Virus record (IMG/VR): IMGVR_UViG_2675903661_000009
Coordinates: 1-7,485 of that record
Reading direction: 5' to 3' (one strand)
DNA length: 7,485 nucleotides
From: a virus
Lineage: Duplodnaviria > Heunggongvirae > Uroviricota > Caudoviricetes
Shown here: positions 1 through 6,164 of the stretch, one piece after another
Position numbering within the stretch: position 1 is the first letter of the stretch
Layout: the number at the start of each line of letters is the position of its first letter
The notes under the pieces: model-generated
The model's database searches: none
The model's input: only the letters and a program-made list of their open reading frames with translations
What the model was told of the DNA's origin: nothing
Program-made: the position numbers and the translations under genes

Positions 1-192
1 CTCCTTTTACGGAGAGGCGCTAACCTTTCACTTGCTTAGGATGAATGGTCAGGCCTCGGGTTAAACATGAATGTTTGTCCGGGGCCTTTTCACATCCGGC
101 CTTCAGGTGTTCCCTCCGGCCATCAGCCAAAGGCACCCGCGCATACTGTACGGTTTTTGTCTCCTTCCGGCAATCCGTATTCCGGCTGCCTG

Positions 193-3100
193 TCACGATC
201 TCCGGGTAAAACCGGAATCTGTCGATTTCGCCACCATGAGAGTAAAGGCGTCATATCTCCACCGCACCAGCTCTCTCTTTCTCCCTTCCACATCCCCCAT
301 ATTGCCAGGACCACCTTCAACTCTCATTGTCACTGTAATCCGTGTATCTCCCCCTCCTGCCACCACATCCCATACTCCTGAAACGGTGTCCCCGAGGTTG
401 GTGTACGTGTTAACAGCATTGCCATTTCTGTCAAAACGACCTGAAAAACCCGTATCAGCAATTCTCGGTTCTGCCTTAATGACAACTCTTCCGTTAATCT
501 CTATCGTCAGTGTTCCTGAATAGAAAAAGAAGGGAAGGAGTATCAGCTTGCGATCAAACGAAACATCATCAACAAGAGATACCTCCGCCTTAAAGATGAC
601 ATAACCCTCTCCATACTTGTGGTTCGTAATATGGAGCGTGCCATCACGAGGTTCGAAGGAATAGCCCTTGACGATATCACCGATGATTCTGTCTGCGCTA
701 ATGGTTCCTTTAACAACGCAGTTTTCTGCAATGGTCACGTTATTCAGCGTGCCCGAGTTCGCACTGATATGTCCGCTGATGTCAGCATTGCGGGCCGTCA
801 GCCTGCCCTCCGGCGTCAGGGAGAACGTCGGGGGATTGCCGGACGAGGTGATGCTTACTGCAAACAGTCGCTTCAGGAACACATCGTTCATGAACAGCTG
901 ATTCCCCTGCGCCACAAACAGCGGCGTGGTGTTGCCGTTCTCCGGGTTAATCATCGCGATACGGTCCGCCTGCAGCAGTATATTGCTCAGGGGCTGGCCA
1001 TCAGCATCCTCAATCCCCGCACCTATACCGGCAACATACGGAATGCCGTTTTTTGTTTTCTGCACCTTCAGCATGTACAGCGCAGCCAGGTCGTTATTTG
1101 TGTCTGTCTGCACCCGCTGTATCTGCTGTATGGTGGCGCTCTGGTCTTCCAGGGTTTTACTGACCGTCTGCGTGATTTCATTGCGGGTTTCTGTGATGGT
1201 GGTCTTCATCTCCGCCATCAAAATGTGCGGGCCGGAGACACTCCACTGACTGCCTGTCCCCAGATAACGGGCAGAGGTTTCCACCTGAGATGTGTCTGCG
1301 ATTTTTGCCTCCGAAAACCAGAACTCAAACTGTACCGTCGGGTCATACACCGTAAGATGCGGGACCGCCGTTATCTGATAATACCCCGGCGTCAGCTCAA
1401 TGCTGTCCGGTGCTGCAGGCGCATTAATCCGGAACGTGGTGGTGGCAGGTTCGCCCTGCTGGCCGTAGCTGTTTATCGCCCTGACCGTCAGGGTGTATTC
1501 CCCGGGCGGCAGGCCACTGAAACGGTGCTCCGTGTCGGCAGTGATGGCGCTGGTCACCAGGCGGCTGTTTTCACCGTTTCCGCTGGTCAGGCGCAGACTG
1601 AAGCGCACGCCCTTCACCACCCGCGGCGTGTCCCATTTCGCCAGCGCCAGATACTGACCGTCTGAGGCACTCACCTCCACCGTGAGGTGCTGCACTGCCG
1701 GCGGGATGACGCTGTTCAGTGAACCGGAGAGCGGCTCAAAGCGGGCCCCGTTATCCACGATGGCTTCTTTTTCCGGTACGTGCTGCACTGCCGTGATGGC
1801 AAAGGTGCCGTCCGTGTTTTCCCGGATGGAAACACAGCGGAACAGGCGACGACGCAGTGACGGCAGGGAGAGTCCCCACACACCGTATGTCTCCACGCCA
1901 TCCGGCAGGGCGCTGACCTGTATCCGGTCCGGGGCGGGGTGTGCAGTGATGTCCACGCGCACCGGCTTACCGCTGCCGTTAATCAGGTTCACCGTCGATG
2001 TACCTGTCTCCGGCAGTGTCACCTCACGGTCCAGCGTCAGTGTGCGGCTGGCGGCATCGATGGACAGGATGCGTCCGCCGGTCAGGGTCCCGGCGTAGTC
2101 GTTATCACAGATTTCAATGATGTCACCGGGCGTGTGCCGCAGCCCCTGTGACCCGAGCGTGAAATCCACCGTCTGCGTTTCCAGCAGTTCGGTCTTTATC
2201 ACCCACAGTCCGGCACGGTGGGCCTGACCGCGGCTGGTACAGCCAAACGCATCCATCTTCAGCAGATTGCGCCCGTAGCGCAGGATGGCGTCCGGGTCTT
2301 CCACCAGTTCCGTGGAAGTCTGCCAGCCGTTCTGCGGGTCGGTGTAATTCACCTCCACCGCCGTGTGCCGGTCCTTCAGGGCACTGAAGCTGTAGCGGAA
2401 CCCCACGCCGTTATCATCCACCACCACATCGCTGTTGGTGTACGGCCACACCACATCCGACGGACGGTCCTGAACGAACGTCAGCGTCTGGCCGTTCCAT
2501 ACCGGCATACAGCGCATCGCCGAGCAGAAATCCCCCAGGACATCCCAGACCTTACGCTGCTGTGACAGGTACGCATTGAAAGTCATCCGCGGCTCTGTGC
2601 CCCCGAAACCATCCGGGACCGTCTGGTCACAGTACTGCCCGATGGCATACAGTGCCCACTTGTCCACGTCCGGGGCCCCCAGGCGTTTTCCCATCCCGTA
2701 GCGCGGGTGGGTCAGCATGTCCCACAGACACCAGGCCGGGTTATTGCTGTATGCCGGTTTCAGACTCCCGTCCCAGATACCGCTGTAGGTGCGTTTTTCC
2801 GGGTCATAGTTTGACGGCACCTGAATGATGCGACCACGGATATGGTAGTTCACCGTCAGCTGCTGGCCACCAAACTGCTCCGCATCCACCTGCAGCCCCA
2901 CAATGGCCGTGTTCGGGTAGCACTGTTTCACATCGATGATTTCGGTGTATGACGACCACAGCGTTCTGTTCTGCAGCTGGTCCGTGGTGCTGTCCGCCGT
3001 CTCCCTGACCATCCGGATGTTAAAGGGGCGCTCAGGGAGATTATTCAGAATCACCGACGTCAGGTACTGCGAGGTGGTCTTGCCGTTAATGGTGATATCC

Positions 3101-3552
3101 TTCTCCGTCACCCAGTTACCGTTACGCTCAAGCTGAATCAGCAGGCGGACAGAAGAGGGATTACGGTCACCCTTTGAGGTGGTCTCCACCAGTGACTGCA
3201 CCCCGAAGGTGACCCGCAGACGGTCAATGTTCGCTGACGTGATGGTGCGCGTCACCGGCTTTGCCTTCGTCACCTCCACGCCCAGTGCGGTTTCAGCCCC
3301 GGAAGACTCAAAGCCTTCCGGCGGTGTCTGCTCCTGCTCCCCGGCACGCCAGACGGCGGTCACACCGTGTATCACGGGATTACCGTCCGTGTCCGTCAGC
3401 GGGGTTTTGTTCACCAGAATACTCTGCAGTCCCTTCACCGGACCTTCCACCGGTCCCTCACCGATGGCATCAATCACGCTCATCATCTGCGTGGATTTGA
3501 GATTGTCCTTCGCCTCACGCGGTGTGTGCCCCTTGCCGCCCCCTTTACCCAC
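193..3552 (-). CDS. J: Tail tip host-specificity protein J (central tail fibre), about 1119 aa
   Basis: Minus-strand ORF 193..3603 in the track. From the internal GTG at 3550-3552 the product reads [22 protein letters not shown]..., which aligns with the lambda gpJ N-terminus ([22 protein letters not shown]) as I recall it. Similarity continues across most of the length (e.g. [36 protein letters not shown]). The tool's TTG start at 3603 lies 17 codons upstream without matching homology. Stop TGA at 193-195. Confidence 0.9.
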   Translation of the reverse strand: MGKGGGKGHTPREAKDNLKSTQMMSVIDAIGEGPVEGPVKGLQSILVNKTPLTDTDGNPVIHGVTAVWRAGEQEQTPPEGFESSGAETALGVEVTKAKPVTRTITSANIDRLRVTFGVQSLVETTSKGDRNPSSVRLLIQLERNGNWVTEKDITINGKTTSQYLTSVILNNLPERPFNIRMVRETADSTTDQLQNRTLWSSYTEIIDVKQCYPNTAIVGLQVDAEQFGGQQLTVNYHIRGRIIQVPSNYDPEKRTYSGIWDGSLKPAYSNNPAWCLWDMLTHPRYGMGKRLGAPDVDKWALYAIGQYCDQTVPDGFGGTEPRMTFNAYLSQQRKVWDVLGDFCSAMRCMPVWNGQTLTFVQDRPSDVVWPYTNSDVVVDDNGVGFRYSFSALKDRHTAVEVNYTDPQNGWQTSTELVEDPDAILRYGRNLLKMDAFGCTSRGQAHRAGLWVIKTELLETQTVDFTLGSQGLRHTPGDIIEICDNDYAGTLTGGRILSIDAASRTLTLDREVTLPETGTSTVNLINGSGKPVRVDITAHPAPDRIQVSALPDGVETYGVWGLSLPSLRRRLFRCVSIRENTDGTFAITAVQHVPEKEAIVDNGARFEPLSGSLNSVIPPAVQHLTVEVSASDGQYLALAKWDTPRVVKGVRFSLRLTSGNGENSRLVTSAITADTEHRFSGLPPGEYTLTVRAINSYGQQGEPATTTFRINAPAAPDSIELTPGYYQITAVPHLTVYDPTVQFEFWFSEAKIADTSQVETSARYLGTGSQWSVSGPHILMAEMKTTITETRNEITQTVSKTLEDQSATIQQIQRVQTDTNNDLAALYMLKVQKTKNGIPYVAGIGAGIEDADGQPLSNILLQADRIAMINPENGNTTPLFVAQGNQLFMNDVFLKRLFAVSITSSGNPPTFSLTPEGRLTARNADISGHISANSGTLNNVTIAENCVVKGTISADRIIGDIVKGYSFEPRDGTLHITNHKYGEGYVIFKAEVSLVDDVSFDRKLILLPFFFYSGTLTIEINGRVVIKAEPRIADTGFSGRFDRNGNAVNTYTNLGDTVSGVWDVVAGGGDTRITVTMRVEGGPGNMGDVEGRKRELVRWRYDAFTLMVAKSTDSGFTRRS

Positions 3553-3557
3553 TCTGT

Positions 3558-3568
3558 CCCCCTCTCCT
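3558..3568 (-). promoter_or_regulatory. Shine-Dalgarno region for J (AGGAGAGGGGG), 5 nt upstream of the GTG start
   Basis: Minus strand reads ACAGGAGAGGGGGACAGA-GTG-GGT-AAA; the purine-rich AGGAG/GGGGG block is at appropriate spacing from GTG 3552..3550. Confidence 0.5.
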
Positions 3569-3590
3569 GTCTGATGTCTGAATCTGTTTA

Positions 3591-3625
3591 TGCCAGAAAA
3601 CAACAGGCACCCCGGAGGGTGCCTG
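3591..3625 (-). terminator. Intrinsic-terminator-like hairpin (9-bp GC-rich stem, 4-nt loop) followed by a U-rich tract on the minus strand; possible attenuator upstream of J
   Basis: Plus 3604-3612 caggcaccc pairs perfectly with 3617-3625 gggtgcctg, loop cgga. On the minus strand the stem is followed by UUGUUUUCUGG (plus 3603..3593). It sits about 40 nt upstream of the J start codon. Confidence 0.4.
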
Positions 3626-3755
3626 TGTCATGACGGAATAAAATTTCTGAAACTCTTCACATTTCCGGCAACTGCCTGTAGCCGCAATAATGACGCTGCG
3701 TTACTTTTTTGATGCCTGAAAAATAACTCCATAACGTTAATCTTCATCGTTATTT

Positions 3756-3793
3756 CCCGCAGCTCCGCTAACTCTGCGGGATTTTTTTATTTT
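3756..3793 (+). terminator. Plus-strand rho-independent terminator (7-bp stem, 11-nt loop, T-tract ATTTTTTTATTTT), antisense to the tail operon
   Basis: Plus 3756-3762 cccgcag pairs perfectly with 3774-3780 ctgcggg; a run of 7 T, then A, then 4 T follows at 3781-3793. On the minus strand the hairpin is flanked by A-rich sequence, so terminator polarity is plus only. The T-tract abuts and overlaps the stop codon of I (3793-3795). Confidence 0.45.
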
Positions 3794-4473
3794 CATCCCC
3801 GCCCGATAACCACCACTTTCCCGTCTCCGCCCTCATCACGGGTGCTGATATCCTGGGATATCCGTCGTGAACCAACCAGCATTTCACCGTAAGGCACCGG
3901 CATCGGGTTACCCTGGGCAATCATGTTGTCCAGTGACGAAAAATACGTGTTCTGTTTACCGTTATCCGTACTTTTGTATTCCGGCGTCTTTGCCTTCGGG
4001 GCCAGCATCTGAGCCACACCACCCAGTATCATGCTGGCACCCAGTGAGAACAGCATCGTGGTGGCAGTCAGCCCTCCGGCACTCAGGGCTGCGCCCCACA
4101 ACGCCATCGTTGCACCGGCTGTGAAGAAAGAGCCCACGATGGCTGCTGCCCCCAGCACCACCTGAAAAACACCATTTCCCCCGGCTCCGGCCAGTCGCGG
4201 CACAATGTGGATGACCGCTCCCTCACCCAGTTGTTCGTGAAGACAGGCATACACCGCCTCCGGCGCGGTATCCTCACCGGCAATACGTATCTGATACCAG
4301 CCTTCGTTCATCTGACAGCGGAATCCCGGCACCTGCAGCGACAGGGCACGGATGGCCTCCGCTGCCGTGTTCACATACAGGCTGATGCGGCGACCAAATC
4401 GTTGTAAATCCCCGTGAAGGCAGATGCGGACCAGTGGCGGTGACGCCAGACAGAATGCGTTCGTCGTTGCCAT
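3793..4473 (-). CDS. I: Tail tip assembly protein I, 226 aa
   Basis: Minus ORF with ATG at 4473..4471. The product (ICLHGDLQRFGRRI ... GKQNTYFSSLDNM ... VVVIGRG) resembles lambda gpI (223 aa in lambda, from memory), including the Gly/Ala-rich hydrophobic segment. Its 5' end overlaps the 3' end of K by 103 nt in another frame, as in lambda. Possible SD GAGAGG about 11 nt upstream. Confidence 0.85.
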   Translation of the reverse strand: MATTNAFCLASPPLVRICLHGDLQRFGRRISLYVNTAAEAIRALSLQVPGFRCQMNEGWYQIRIAGEDTAPEAVYACLHEQLGEGAVIHIVPRLAGAGGNGVFQVVLGAAAIVGSFFTAGATMALWGAALSAGGLTATTMLFSLGASMILGGVAQMLAPKAKTPEYKSTDNGKQNTYFSSLDNMIAQGNPMPVPYGEMLVGSRRISQDISTRDEGGDGKVVVIGRG

Positions 4474-5114
4474 TTTTCAGAATACCTCTCCCGTTTACTC
4501 AGTTGTTCAGGTATATGGTGAAGCAGTTCACCGTTGCCACAGTAAATGGCGGCATGATTCGGCACCGATGAACCAAAGCAGCACAGCAGGATATCGCCTG
4601 CCTGTGCACAGGACGGAGACACCCGGTAAAAGCCGTTGTCCGCCAGGTTGTCCAGGTACAGGTTCTGGCCGTTGCGCCACCAGTCATCCTCACGCACAAA
4701 ATCCGGCAGCGTTATCCCCGCCAGATGGTATGCATCCCGGAACAGGGTGTAACAGTCCGTCACACCGTGTTCAAAGCGCCGTCCGGTCAGGTGCGGCACA
4801 CAGCCGAACCGGTGAATTTCACCCCGGCAGACCAGCCACCAGGGCAGGGCACTCTTTATCTGCAGCCGCCGGTCCGCCTCGCTCAGCCAGGGCAGACCAC
4901 CGGGATGACTGTGGACCAGCGCCACAATCTCCCCCTGCATCTCTGCCTGCAGCCAGTCCTCCGGTGTAATACGAAAATACGCCTCCGGCTCTGCGGAGAT
5001 ATTCACGCAGGGCTGGTACCGCTCCCCCTCCGGGGTGCTTATCACGAAGCCGCACGACTCCGCTGGCGCACACCGCCGGGCATGCGCCAGAATCGCTGAT
5101 TCAGTCTGTGTCAT
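4371..5114 (-). CDS. K: Tail tip assembly protein K, 247 aa, with MPN/JAMM and NlpC/P60 peptidase domains
   Basis: Track ORF 4371..5375; homology starts at the internal ATG 5114..5112 (MTQTESAILAHARR...), 10 nt after the L stop. JAMM motif H-x-H-x7-S-x2-D is readable as HSHPGGLPWLSEAD. NlpC/P60-like Cys/His residues appear in GVTDCYTLF and VPNHAAIYCG. Stop TGA at 4371-4373. Confidence 0.85.
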   Translation of the reverse strand: MTQTESAILAHARRCAPAESCGFVISTPEGERYQPCVNISAEPEAYFRITPEDWLQAEMQGEIVALVHSHPGGLPWLSEADRRLQIKSALPWWLVCRGEIHRFGCVPHLTGRRFEHGVTDCYTLFRDAYHLAGITLPDFVREDDWWRNGQNLYLDNLADNGFYRVSPSCAQAGDILLCCFGSSVPNHAAIYCGNGELLHHIPEQLSKRERYSEKWQRRTHSVWRHRHWSASAFTGIYNDLVAASACM

Positions 5115-5124
5115 AAAACGGGAT

Positions 5125-5823
5125 TTACTGCGAAAGTTTATTAATGGAAAGGAAACCGCCGAAATTAGCCACCATGCCGCGCATCTCACACCCGCGCATG
5201 CATTTACTGCATCTGTCCTTCCGGCTATCCGTGGTGGGGTTGTCGAACTCATCCGCCACTGCCGGACCGTTATACCCGCATTCATCGCCCCGGTAATCCC
5301 ACATACAGGTGTTCGCCAGCATGATGCGACCGGGAAACAGCGCACCGTCCGTCTCCGTCGGTGTCGCCAGCACAAACGAGGCCGTCATGGCCGTCAGCGC
5401 TGACATCTGCTCCACCACCCAGCGGTCGGTCAGCTCCTGCTCCGGGTCCGCTTCCGGATTGCCTGCAACGAAATTCACCGCATCCAGAAAACGCGCATAC
5501 ACCCGACGGCGGACCACCGTTGCACCCACCAGACTCTGCAGGTCTTCCGCCATCCCGGTGACCAGCCCGAAAAGATTGGACACTGTCAGCGACGGGCGGG
5601 CACTGCTGCCCTTTCCGTTCATCTCAAAGCCGCTGCCCTCAATCGGGTATGCCTGATATTCACGCCCCTGCCAGGTCACCGGCTCCCCTTTTTCATTCAG
5701 CTCATTGCAGAAAAAATACCGCTCACCGCCCTGCACCGTCAGGTCGATTTCCCAGAGCACCACCCGCGGTGACTGCTCTGACTTAACCGACTCGTTCAGG
5801 CTTTCTTCGTGAATATCCTGCAT
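5125..5823 (-). CDS. L: Minor tail (tail tip) protein L, 232 aa
   Basis: Track ORF 5125..5850 begins at a GTG; the lambda-like N-terminus (MQDIHEESLNE...) starts at ATG 5823..5821, giving 232 aa, the same length as lambda gpL. Conserved blocks include VVLWEIDLT, GERYFFCNE, GEPVTWQG, FPGRIMLANTC and the C-terminal FGGFLSINKLSQ. A four-Cys pattern C-x22-C-x2-C-x3-C lies near the C-terminus. The start overlaps the M stop by one base (TGATG). Confidence 0.85.
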   Translation of the reverse strand: MQDIHEESLNESVKSEQSPRVVLWEIDLTVQGGERYFFCNELNEKGEPVTWQGREYQAYPIEGSGFEMNGKGSSARPSLTVSNLFGLVTGMAEDLQSLVGATVVRRRVYARFLDAVNFVAGNPEADPEQELTDRWVVEQMSALTAMTASFVLATPTETDGALFPGRIMLANTCMWDYRGDECGYNGPAVADEFDNPTTDSRKDRCSKCMRGCEMRGMVANFGGFLSINKLSQ

Positions 5824-6164
5824 CAGTTCACCACCTGCTCTATCGTGCAACTGAAATCACTGTACCGGGCGTTATCCGTAATACTCCACTCCCGGCACAC
5901 CACCCTGACCGTCCGGTTATGTTTCGGGGGCTTCCACAAAAAAGCCCGGTAACCACCATGCCATGACAGAAACGCGGACAGTGCCTCCCGCTCAGCATCC
6001 GTTGTCACCCGAAAAACCACCTGAAAGGTCTTCAGTTGCGCATTCAGTCCTGCCGGACGACGCTGCTGATAACCGTCGCCAAACTTCACCGTCATCACCG
6101 ACGGTTTCTCCGTCACCTGCATCCCTTCCCGGGGACACCAGTGAAGGGTCTTAATCTCATCCAC
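5823..6164 (-). CDS. M: Tail tip assembly protein M, about 113 aa (start codon uncertain)
   Basis: Minus ORF ending TGA at 5823-5825; product contains FGDGYQQRRPAGLNAQLKT, HGGYRAFLWKPP and C-terminal EQVVN, matching lambda gpM (109 aa) as recalled. The tool's start is GTG at 6164..6162, overlapping the H stop by 8 nt. The lambda-equivalent first residue aligns with an ATT (Ile) codon at 6155..6153, so the true start is either the GTG or not resolvable by eye. Confidence 0.75.
   Translation of the reverse strand: MDEIKTLHWCPREGMQVTEKPSVMTVKFGDGYQQRRPAGLNAQLKTFQVVFRVTTDAEREALSAFLSWHGGYRAFLWKPPKHNRTVRVVCREWSITDNARYSDFSCTIEQVVN

Noticed and set aside
67-523. Plus-strand ORFs 67..381 and 71..523 at the left end
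   Set aside because: Mostly antisense to the J 3' end, with Pro/Ser/His-rich low-complexity translations and no SD; considered spurious.
619-1665. 348-aa plus-strand ORF (also 926..1249, 1682..2098, 2218..2565 and other plus ORFs) antisense to J
   Set aside because: Arg/Cys/His-rich, low-complexity translations typical of the antisense frame of a GC-rich gene. They fully overlap a strongly supported J coding sequence, and none has a recognisable motif or a start context.
193-3552. Possible diversity-generating retroelement targeting the J C-terminus
   Set aside because: No reverse transcriptase gene in the window, and I saw no template-repeat copy of the J 3' end. It cannot be excluded without a repeat search, but nothing in the sequence supports it.
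3553-3603. TTG start at 3603 for J (1136 aa)
   Set aside because: The extra 17 codons read through the SD and across the hairpin region and have no counterpart in gpJ. The alignment with gpJ begins at the GTG at 3552.
5115-5375. N-terminal extension of the K ORF to 5375 (334 aa)
   Set aside because: The extension overlaps the L coding region and has no similarity to K. Homology begins exactly at ATG 5114..5112, directly after the L stop.
4424-5403. Plus-strand ORFs 4424..4969 (181 aa), 4725..5099, 5035..5403 and 5309..5656, antisense to K and L
   Set aside because: Pro/Ala/Arg-rich shadow ORFs opposite well-supported K and L genes; no independent support.
5824-5850. GTG start at 5850 for L (241 aa)
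   Set aside because: The ATG at 5823..5821 gives a 232-aa product whose N-terminus and length match lambda gpL and which overlaps the M stop by one base as in lambda. The upstream GTG just extends the open frame.
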